A stretch of 64,000 bases of DNA from Pseudomonadota bacterium (GTDB lineage Bacteria; Pseudomonadota; Alphaproteobacteria; Rhodobacterales; Rhodobacteraceae): contig JBCAZI010000004.1 of assembly GCA_038533095.1 (NCBI GenBank), positions 3,028 to 67,027 of the forward strand. The letters are read 5' to 3'. Shown here piece by piece: positions 57,594 to 64,000 of this stretch. Positions within the stretch are counted from its first letter, which is position 1; every line of letters begins with the position of its first letter. The notes below the pieces were generated by a model that ran no database searches, had not been told where the DNA came from, and saw only the letters and a program-made list of their open reading frames with translations. The translations under genes and the position numbers were made by a program.

Positions 57594-58391
57594 CTAACTC
57601 TCGGTTTTCATCTCGGCAAAGGTGGGACACACCTGTGTTCCGTCAGTCGACACAATCGGCACTGAGGTGGTAGCGATGTACTCAATCTGTGACAAAGGCA
57701 TAACGACGCTGGCTGAGCCCAGCTTGAGCAGGGCGTAGCTACCATCCGAATAAACCAGTGATCCCAAGACTGCTCCTTTCTCAACTGAGCATATCAACAC
57801 AATTGCGCTCTCTTCCAGATAAGCCATTCGCGACTTGCTCAGCACAAAGCAGAATAGCGCCGCAAGTCCGACGAGCAAGACTACTGTTCCTTGGCTAAAG
57901 ATCACTGAGCGAATGCTACGCTTAACAATGCAAGCCAGTAGGAAGGAAAGTAAGACTATTGCGTATAAAAATATGAACTCACCGGTCAGCTGATCAACCA
58001 ATACGCTATAGTCAATCCACTTAGTAATTGCGACGAAGAAACCCAAAACGCCGACCCCTAAAAAAGTGCCCGTTCTGACCAAATCATGTAGCCCTGTCAT
58101 CCCGGTAGGCAGAAAGTCAAAACTGAACATCATTGCAGCGAAAAACCGAGCTATGGCAGCGCAGCCTGCCATTAGGAAAAACAGCAGCGATATCTCGTAG
58201 GCGACAAAGCCGACACCACCAAAAGCGAAATGCACCCGCGACATTGCGGTGTACAGACCGAAACCGTAGGCAGAAGCCAAGCTGAATATCCCTAAGGCCC
58301 AAAAGACCAATGGTCCGAACCATTGGGGAGTCATGGCTTTCAGTTCACGTAGACGAACTTGCTTTTGCTTTGGCGGTTCGGCTTCAGACAA
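57594..58391 (-). CDS. Polytopic membrane protein (265 aa) with a small C-terminal soluble domain
   Basis: About 6 hydrophobic helices. Convergent with the Hint-domain gene, 45-bp gap. No motif recognised. Confidence 0.55.
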   Translation of the reverse strand: MSEAEPPKQKQVRLRELKAMTPQWFGPLVFWALGIFSLASAYGFGLYTAMSRVHFAFGGVGFVAYEISLLFFLMAGCAAIARFFAAMMFSFDFLPTGMTGLHDLVRTGTFLGVGVLGFFVAITKWIDYSVLVDQLTGEFIFLYAIVLLSFLLACIVKRSIRSVIFSQGTVVLLVGLAALFCFVLSKSRMAYLEESAIVLICSVEKGAVLGSLVYSDGSYALLKLGSASVVMPLSQIEYIATTSVPIVSTDGTQVCPTFAEMKTES

Positions 58392-58846
58392 TGGTAGCCC
58401 CCTAGACTAACACCTTTTCTTAGCTTCTTAGGTCATGCTGCCGCAAGATGTAGCGGAAGCCCCTTCAATGTGCCGCAACCAAACTTCCCTTGGGTAAACT
58501 TGTTGCTTTTAGATGCGATAGTAGTTCAAATGCGGCTACGGGGTTGTCCCGCCCCGATTTGGTATTTAGTCACCTTGCCCTAGGCGTTTCACTCAGTTCT
58601 CCCTGACGCCTAGGGCTTTTGTCGCCAAAGTTATACGCTCTGAATGGCCTAAAACAATGAAGTGCTGTTTCGTTTTGGTCGCTAGTTTCGCATTGCGTAA
58701 GTTCGACCAATCATGCGCACGACGACGGGGTGAGAACTGGTCTATTTCGACCAAAGGCTGAAACCGAGGCCTGCAGTTTCTGCGCATGGCTAGCCGGTCA
58801 TTTAGCATTTTTACCTGCCCCAAAGTCAATGTTGCCCGACGCAAAT

Positions 58847-58861
58847 GTTCCTGAAATGTTC
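58847..58861 (+). promoter_or_regulatory. Alphaproteobacterial LexA (SOS) box GTTC-N7-GTTC
   Basis: GTTCCTGAAATGTTC read directly, ending 5 nt before ATG 58867 of the ORF that contains the SRAP domain. Confidence 0.55.
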
Positions 58862-58866
58862 TTTCG

Positions 58867-59835
58867 ATGGGAAGACGGACGACACCTCAGAAGAAAACCG
58901 ATGAAGCAGCCTTTCCGGTGCGTGTGCGCTTTGCGATTCCGGCTGGTGGTTTTGGGCTGCGCTTGGATGACCTGCACCGGTGGCTGGCAAATGAGATTGG
59001 GAAGGGTGAATACGCGGTGCACTCCAGTCCCGCATTGGCGATGGATGCGATTGGCGTTTACCTTCGCGATGCCGATTGCGCGCAGGCCCTCGTTAAAGCC
59101 TTTCCTGACTTCACGCTTGCCGACGGGCTGGAAAGCCGTGCATATTACTCCCCGACGCTTGCGAGCGCCTGGAATGGTTCAGAGTTATTTGGCGTGTGTA
59201 ACCTATATTCAATGACAAAGGCGCAAACGGCGATCCGAGAGCTGTTTGACGGCATCAAGGATGAAACGGGCAACCTGCCCGCGCTGCCAGAGATTTACCC
59301 GGACAAGCAGGCTGCCGTGATCGCCAACATGCCAGAAGGTCTCAAGCTGACTATGATGCGCTGGGGCATGCCATCACCTGCATTTGCGCTGAAGAACCGC
59401 AATTATGACCGTGGCGTAACCAACGTGCGGAATACAAAGTCACCCCACTGGCGGCGCTGGTTGGGGCCGCAGAACCGCTGTCTGGTACCTTTCACGGCCT
59501 TTTCTGAGCCGGGTAAGGACAAGAAGCCTGTTTGGTTTGATTTGGGTGAGGATCAGCCCCTAGCGTTCTTTGCCGGTATCTGGACGTCGTGGACCTCAGT
59601 TCGGAAGGTGAAGGACGGGGAAACGACCGACAATCTGTTTGGTTTCCTGACATGCGACCCCAACGAGGTTGTCGCTGCGGTGCATTCTAAGGCAATGCCG
59701 GTGGTTCTGACGCAAAGGGATGAGGTCGAAACCTGGTTAAACGCCCCTGTCAATGAAGCGCTAACAATGCAACGCGCGTTGCCGGATGGTGCCTTGAGGG
59801 CGTCTGTCGCTGGGGCTGAGAAGGATAAGTGCTAG
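58867..59835 (+). CDS. SOS response-associated peptidase (SRAP/YedK family), given as the maximal ORF. The SRAP domain proper begins at GTG 59194 (V-CNLYSM...), preceded in frame by a 109-aa extension.
   Basis: CNLYSMTKAQTAIRELF is the canonical SRAP N-terminus with catalytic Cys2. The domain also contains RWGMPSP, NVRNTKSPHWR, RCLVPFTAFSE, FFAGIW and HSKAMPVVL. No stop codon lies between 58867 and 59194. Confidence 0.75.
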   Translation: MGRRTTPQKKTDEAAFPVRVRFAIPAGGFGLRLDDLHRWLANEIGKGEYAVHSSPALAMDAIGVYLRDADCAQALVKAFPDFTLADGLESRAYYSPTLASAWNGSELFGVCNLYSMTKAQTAIRELFDGIKDETGNLPALPEIYPDKQAAVIANMPEGLKLTMMRWGMPSPAFALKNRNYDRGVTNVRNTKSPHWRRWLGPQNRCLVPFTAFSEPGKDKKPVWFDLGEDQPLAFFAGIWTSWTSVRKVKDGETTDNLFGFLTCDPNEVVAAVHSKAMPVVLTQRDEVETWLNAPVNEALTMQRALPDGALRASVAGAEKDKC

Positions 59836-59841
59836 CGAGGC

Positions 59842-60372
59842 TTAAGTACGTTGAAACCTTCGCAGGAATAGCGCCGCTAGATAGGCCATGAACACATATC
59901 CCGTCATGGCTTGGGCAGAGGTCACGAGGCGACACCACCCTAGGGGTAACAGGTCGCCATATCCAAGAGTCGTGTAAGTCGTATAACTGAAATAGAGATA
60001 GTCGCGGTTGAGCATTTGATCATCGGACATGACGCACTTATCGGCACCGACCGCATATAACACCGCAAATGTAAGTGGAACAAACACCGCTCCAATCGAA
60101 AGTGCGATGTCTTCGTGTGACAAAAACACTGTGGTGGATCCGTCGCTTGTCTCAATAAAGCGCAACGTAAGTGAAACCAACAGTACAGCCAGCAAGACAA
60201 GAACACCGATGCTAGGTACCTCATCACTGGATGCCGCAAATGTCACCAAACAAATCGCCAGTGACGGATAGTAGACCCGCCGCGGATGGCGCTGGATTAA
60301 GCCAAAAAAGAGCTTCATAGTGTCGTCCGATTTTCCTTCAGTTTCAGTTCGATTTGATTGCCGGGGAAACAA
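59842..60372 (-). CDS. Minimal two-TM potassium channel (Ion_trans_2 family)
   Basis: Selectivity filter TTLGYGD in YFSYTTYTTLGYGDLLP. The likely start is ATG 60318 (MKLFFGL). Confidence 0.75.
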   Translation of the reverse strand: MFPRQSNRTETEGKSDDTMKLFFGLIQRHPRRVYYPSLAICLVTFAASSDEVPSIGVLVLLAVLLVSLTLRFIETSDGSTTVFLSHEDIALSIGAVFVPLTFAVLYAVGADKCVMSDDQMLNRDYLYFSYTTYTTLGYGDLLPLGWCRLVTSAQAMTGYVFMAYLAALFLRRFQRT

Positions 60373-60400
60373 AAACGCCCGCGCGAGGCGGGCGCTTCTT
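60371..60400 (-). terminator. Rho-independent terminator (minus strand) after the DUF2384-like gene
   Basis: Minus strand reads AAGAAGCGCCCGCCTCGCGCGGGCGTTTTT, with stem CGCCCGC/GCGGGCG, a 5-nt loop and a T5 tail. Confidence 0.75.
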
Positions 60401-60555
60401 TAGATGTTCAACATCTTGTTGGCTATCCGTTGAGTGGGGAGTGTCATGCGTGTGACGAACACCTCCCCTTTAGCCTGAAATACCTAGCCCTCGCAGATGC
60501 GTCGTCAAGGATTTTGCCAACGCTCCTGAAGGGGCCACAACGCCAGCCAGCCGGA

Positions 60556-60741
60556 TCAGTTGGGGTCAGTTTCTTCTGTCTTCAGGGACTGTGCGACCAG
60601 GATCACCTCGTCATAGCCCCGCTCGACAATCACTTGCCCAGGCGTCAATCCGTCCAGACGATCATTGGGACAATCCAACCAAGCCATAGCCTCGGGAGGC
60701 TGGAAGTGGTCAAGAAGGATGCTCAGAAGTGTTTCTCGCAT
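60556..60741 (-). CDS. DUF2384-like (MbcA/ParS/Xre antitoxin C-terminal domain) protein, 61 aa
   Basis: EAMAWLDCPNDRLDGLTPGQVIVERGYDEVILVAQSL fits the DUF2384 pattern (W-L..pn..L.G.tP....e.G...V...L), from memory. Confidence 0.55.
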   Translation of the reverse strand: MRETLLSILLDHFQPPEAMAWLDCPNDRLDGLTPGQVIVERGYDEVILVAQSLKTEETDPN

Positions 60742-60812
60742 ACGGGCTCATCGAATTTGTTCATTTAGCGTGCATGCTTCGCAGCTCACAATCAACAGCG
60801 CGATTGCCGCAC

Positions 60813-61052
60813 TCACTGCTTGTCTTGTGCAGTGATGTACGCGACGCCTTCACCTTGGGCGATTTCCCCGCTTCGCAAAAATTGGATGCCCGCAGCTTCT
60901 AGGGCGAGACGGACATGCTGGACTGTGGAAGCCTTGCCTTCCCCCTTGTCCAACTTGTTCAAGGTATTGCGATGAAGGCCTGTCATTTCGGCTAATTCAG
61001 GGTTGCTCAAGCCCAAAGCCGCTTTGGCCATCTTGAATTGATTTGAAGTCAT
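60813..61052 (-). CDS. XRE-family helix-turn-helix transcriptional regulator
   Basis: MTSNQFKMAKAALGLSNPELAEMTGLHRNTLNKLDKGEG. ATG 61052 is preceded by AGAGG. The maximal ORF reaches 61079. Confidence 0.8.
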   Translation of the reverse strand: MTSNQFKMAKAALGLSNPELAEMTGLHRNTLNKLDKGEGKASTVQHVRLALEAAGIQFLRSGEIAQGEGVAYITAQDKQ

Positions 61053-61064
61053 ACCGCCTCTTTT

Positions 61065-61132
61065 GTGCTGATAGCACATATTTTATGTTGACAGCACATG
61101 CTATCAGCCCTATTTATATGCTATCAGCACAT
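61065..61132. promoter_or_regulatory. Operator cluster: three AGCACAT-ended sites (GTGCTGATAGCACAT 61065..61079, GTTGACAGCACAT 61087..61099, ATGCTATCAGCACAT 61118..61132) plus an inverted GCTATCAGC at 61100..61108
   Basis: Read directly in the 93-bp divergent region between the XRE gene and the 61146 operon. GCTGATAGC and GCTATCAGC are reverse complements. Confidence 0.6.
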
Positions 61133-61145
61133 AAAGGGGTATGCA

Positions 61146-61739
61146 ATGACCGTCTCTGGCACACATAAACTCGCAATGATCCGCGCCAGGGAGCTCGCCA
61201 GGCAAATAGACGCCGCCTATGTCCGAATGTGTGGCGGTATTCGCAAGCTGTTCGGCGGACTGCTCAAGCAGGCGTGGGCCGAGGTAAAGGCGCGTGTAGA
61301 GCACATTGAGCTCACACCTGACCAAGCGCGTGACGCCCTCAACATGCTGCGCAACAAAGACCGCTGGTCTGACGCCGACTATGCGGAAGCAGACCGCCTG
61401 GCCCGCATTGCAGCAACATCAGTTGCGGCAGATAGAGCCGCCGACTTCGCTGAAAAGCGTGAGTTGATCGCTAGCGCAAAGGGGCGCTTTTGTTCCGTCG
61501 AATTCATGAAGGCTGATGGCTCCGAGCGCACCATGCAGGTGCAGCCCGCTACGCTCGCCAAACGCATCAAGGGCAATGCTGCCACCGATGCAGGCAAGCG
61601 TGCTGTCATTAGTCGGAAAGCCCGACACCCCCGCTTGCTGCCTGTCTGGGATGTGAAGGCTCAAGCCCCTCGTTCAATCAATCTTGCGACCGTTAAGACC
61701 ATCACCGTCGATGGCATGGCGCACGCCTACCCCAGCTAG
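61146..61739 (+). CDS. Hypothetical protein (about 197 aa). The C-terminal part resembles SH3-beta-barrel / DUF2693-type phage proteins (weak call).
   Basis: ATG 61146 follows AAAGGGG. The C-terminus reads GRFCSVEFMKADGSERTMQVQP...LLPVWDVKAQAPRSINLATVKTITVDG. The track ORF starts at 61098. Confidence 0.5.
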   Translation: MTVSGTHKLAMIRARELARQIDAAYVRMCGGIRKLFGGLLKQAWAEVKARVEHIELTPDQARDALNMLRNKDRWSDADYAEADRLARIAATSVAADRAADFAEKRELIASAKGRFCSVEFMKADGSERTMQVQPATLAKRIKGNAATDAGKRAVISRKARHPRLLPVWDVKAQAPRSINLATVKTITVDGMAHAYPS

Positions 61740-61816
61740 TCTCGTCGATAGCGGCTAAGGCCAAAGCCCAATGGCGAGGGCGACTTCGAATTACCCCAAG
61801 AAGGAAAGAACGCACT

Positions 61817-62578
61817 ATGACTGACATCCAAAGTACAAACACAGCCGTATCCCGACGCAACCTCCTTCTGGGGATTGCTGCTGCATCCACTGCGGTCGCG
61901 GCTACACCCGCAGCAGCAGCAAGTGATGAAATTCCCGAACTGATCCAAATGGCCGATGCGTTGCCCGGCCTAGCAAAGGCATACACAGACGCTTGTGAAG
62001 AAGTAGAATGGATCATTGCAGAGTGGCAGCCACAGGTCCCAACGCCCGACTTTGACCTCGTACGCTATGGCGGAACCACTCGTCGCTACCAAACGATTGA
62101 TGGGCGGGGCATACCGGTAGCGCTCTATCGAAACCCCGACATCAAGGACGTTCCAAGCCTTGGCACTGCTGAGACATTTGAGGCAAGCTTTCAGGAGCGC
62201 ATGCGAGAGGCTGAGCGCAAGGCAAAAACACCATCTCAGCGCGGTATGCAGCGGGCGCTTGAATACGCTGAAAACGAGCGCGCACGGATTGAACCAGCGC
62301 GCGCATATTGGACCGAGTTTGATCGCGTGAAGGCAGCGTCGGGTATCGAAGCCGCACAAGCTAAGGCTAAGGCTGCTCGAGAGGCACTACACACAGCTGT
62401 GGCCGACATCATGGCCGTTGAAGAGCGCACGATGGCAGGCGTTGTGATCAAAGCCCAGGCGCTTGCTGAGTGGTCCAAGGTAGACTTGGCATTCAAGGCC
62501 TTCAACGCTGATGCACCCAAGTGGTCTGACCAAATGTCTGCATCTATCATCAGGCAGGCTGGCGGGGCCGCTGTATGA
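61817..62578 (+). CDS. Hypothetical protein with twin-arginine (Tat) signal peptide
   Basis: SRRNLLLGIAAASTAVAATPAAAA N-terminus. The remainder is helical and Ala/Glu-rich. Confidence 0.55.
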   Translation: MTDIQSTNTAVSRRNLLLGIAAASTAVAATPAAAASDEIPELIQMADALPGLAKAYTDACEEVEWIIAEWQPQVPTPDFDLVRYGGTTRRYQTIDGRGIPVALYRNPDIKDVPSLGTAETFEASFQERMREAERKAKTPSQRGMQRALEYAENERARIEPARAYWTEFDRVKAASGIEAAQAKAKAAREALHTAVADIMAVEERTMAGVVIKAQALAEWSKVDLAFKAFNADAPKWSDQMSASIIRQAGGAAV

Positions 62579-62985
62579 GCTGCGGTGTCTGCAATCCGAA
62601 AGCCTTTAGGCCGAAAGCTGGTACGCGTGTGTTTGGCTACTTGACCGCCACCAACATGACGCATGCGGCTACCGGTGCCCGCCCTCTCTACTTCATGGGC
62701 TGCGAGTCGGTGTTTTGCGACGTACCTGTTGGACCCGTTGCGTCGCGCACCGGATATAAGTGGTTGTTGCTCTGCATACGCCCAGGGGACCGCATCATCG
62801 TCGCCGACATAAAGGTGCTAGGATCATCACATCGAACGCAGCAGACACGGATGGCTGAGATAGAGGCCAATGGTGGTAATGCGTTCGTGCTGACGGATCA
62901 GAAGCAAGAAATCTGGGATCCAACCCTTATGATGGGTCACCGGGCAGCCACCCAAAGTGACCACCAAACTAGCCCGGCCGACTGA
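62575..62985 (+). CDS. Hypothetical protein (136 aa)
   Basis: ATGA overlap with the previous gene. GDRIIVADIKVLGSSHRTQQTRMAEIEANGGNAFVL vaguely recalls the second half of a serine-recombinase catalytic domain, but no N-terminal catalytic Ser motif is seen. Confidence 0.45.
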   Translation: MSCGVCNPKAFRPKAGTRVFGYLTATNMTHAATGARPLYFMGCESVFCDVPVGPVASRTGYKWLLLCIRPGDRIIVADIKVLGSSHRTQQTRMAEIEANGGNAFVLTDQKQEIWDPTLMMGHRAATQSDHQTSPAD

Positions 62986-63480
62986 ATGAAAGACTACGCA
63001 ACAAATCGGACTTGGTCCGATCAATTCCTGCCGGAGGTAAAAAGGCAGATAGGGGCGCACCTGCTAAAGGTCGCCCCTGATGACATTGATAGGCGCGAAG
63101 CAACCGACCTCATGATGCTGGATGCGCGCGATACCCGTGTTGCCGTACGCATTCGACGCCCAGGCTACCACCAGCGGTATCCGCACCAGTTCACGATCCG
63201 CTCTAAAGTGCCCTCTGGCGCGCAGACAGAGCTATCCAAGGTCGTGAATGGCCACGGGGATTGGATGTTCTACGGCCACGCCAGCGCTGATGGGCAGACG
63301 CTAGATAGCTGGCAATTGCTTGACCTCAAGGCCTTCCGCGCAGCGCTCATACGGCATGTTCAGAACGGCTACCCCATTGTCCACGGAGACCAAGAGAACT
63401 GGGATGGATCAGCGTTCAAGTGGTTTGATGTGCGGTCGTTTCCGAGTGAGCCGCCGCTGGTGGTGGCTGCATCAGGCTGA
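62986..63480 (+). CDS. Hypothetical protein (164 aa)
   Basis: Its ATG immediately follows the previous stop (TGAATG). No motif recognised with confidence. Confidence 0.5.
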   Translation: MKDYATNRTWSDQFLPEVKRQIGAHLLKVAPDDIDRREATDLMMLDARDTRVAVRIRRPGYHQRYPHQFTIRSKVPSGAQTELSKVVNGHGDWMFYGHASADGQTLDSWQLLDLKAFRAALIRHVQNGYPIVHGDQENWDGSAFKWFDVRSFPSEPPLVVAASG

Positions 63481-63662
63481 ATTGCTGCCCCGCGCAACAA
63501 CCCCAGTTCCCGAGCTAGTGTCAACTAGTTGGCCAAGTCGGCGGCTTTTTAGGTGTTGGATGCGGACCCGGCACCAACGTCAAAAATTAAGACGTAGTTC
63601 AGTTGTTGCAAAGCAGGCTGCAAGTGAGTGATGATCACCCGGAAGTTGATTTATGATTCTAG

Positions 63663-64000
63663 ATGCACCAATTACCTGTCAGGGCGCTTCGGGCCGACCC
63701 CGCAAAACTCGGAACTGCCGATTGTGCGCTAATCTGCCATTGTGATGATGGCAGTGACTACGCCGTCAAAGATCAGAGCTCGGGAGCGTATGTCCAGCAC
63801 TCAGAATGGTTTTGCAAGCATCTAGGTGATAGGATTGGGATAGCTTCGCCAGATTGCCGCCTGGTAGAAGTGAACGGCAGTTCTGCATTTGGCTCCAGAT
63901 GGGAGAGCGGTCATGATCCAAGCAATTGGTGGATGCGTGTGCGGAATGGAGAGATTGATAAGGACAGGATTGCACCCGTTGTCAGCCGAATTCTGGCTTT
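63663..64000 (+). CDS. Partial ORF open to the window edge. A possible HipA-like/kinase-like N-terminal region is only a very weak impression.
   Basis: Absent from the track because it is truncated. ATG 63663 is preceded by an in-frame TAG. Hand translation gives MHQLPVRALRADPAKLGTADCALICHCDDGSDYAVKDQSSGAYVQHSEWFCKHLGDRIGIASPDCRLVEVNGSSAFGSRWESGHDPSNWWMRVRNGEIDKDRIAPVVSRILA... Confidence 0.4.
   Translation, partial: MHQLPVRALRADPAKLGTADCALICHCDDGSDYAVKDQSSGAYVQHSEWFCKHLGDRIGIASPDCRLVEVNGSSAFGSRWESGHDPSNWWMRVRNGEIDKDRIAPVVSRILA

Noticed and set aside
58578-58615. Inverted repeat CCCTAGGCG ... CGCCTAGGG followed by CTTTT, considered as a terminator or sRNA 3' end.
   Set aside because: The loop is 20 nt, and there is no upstream plus-strand gene to terminate. 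It could be a regulatory hairpin in the SRAP upstream region, but I cannot support a specific call.
58593-59215. Alternative ORFs 58593..58844 (-) and 58730..59215 (+) in the SRAP upstream region.
   Set aside because: No motifs are present. They overlap each other and the LexA box, and the frame continuous with the SRAP domain is the better-supported reading.
60401-60555. Looked for a RES/toxin remnant downstream of the DUF2384-like gene. Only a 15-aa ORF (MTLPTQRIANKMLNI) after an AGGGGAGG-like sequence was found.
   Set aside because: It is too short, and the spacing to the putative SD (about 13 nt) is poor. There is no toxin-like sequence. The plus-strand track ORF 60358..60768 runs across the terminator and is spurious.

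Overview
GC-rich alphaproteobacterial chromosome segment. I infer Rhodobacteraceae (roseobacter-like) from gene content such as a Hint-domain protein, a monomeric IDH and the phn layout. No search was run and no GC values were computed. The left two thirds (1..41.6 kb) is ordinary, densely packed core or metabolic DNA. (1) A surface-polysaccharide locus has wbpE/D/B/A-like genes for a di-N-acetylated uronic acid sugar, an EPS-type MarR regulator, an O-antigen-ligase-like membrane protein, a Wzc/ExoP-type tyrosine autokinase, a PPP-family phosphatase and a Wza-like exporter. (2) Next come an acyl-CoA synthetase plus BASS transporter and a monomeric isocitrate dehydrogenase. (3) A GntR-controlled catabolic locus of unknown substrate has an FGGY kinase, two class II aldolase-family genes, a HAD-IIA hydrolase, an MBL-fold hydrolase, a sugar-type ABC importer and a Tm-1-like UPF0261 protein. 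It carries two identical TTTTGTATACAAA palindromes. (4) A complete C-P lyase phosphonate regulon is present (phnCDEE, phnF, phnGHI-HAD-JKLN, DUF1045, phnM) with a textbook Pho box. (5) chrA and a chrB-like gene follow. At 41.8 kb an orphan 3' half of tRNA-Lys(UUU) abuts a tyrosine integrase, and everything to the right looks horizontally acquired. The first block is a compact int / alpA / Prim-Pol / RepA-like ATPase / iteron array / DUF5681 / small-ORF / 585-aa-protein module (41.8..50.3 kb) with no virion genes, which I rate as a candidate phage-satellite-like or small integrative replicon. It is followed by a visibly more AT-rich cargo block: hydrolase, membrane AraC, 2OG oxygenase, VOC, DUF3592, Hint-domain protein, LexA-box-preceded SRAP peptidase and a minimal K+ channel. 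Last is a second regulatory module with Xre, a DUF2384 fragment, operator repeats and a four-gene operon of unknowns, running off the window. No rRNA, CRISPR array or transposase was seen.
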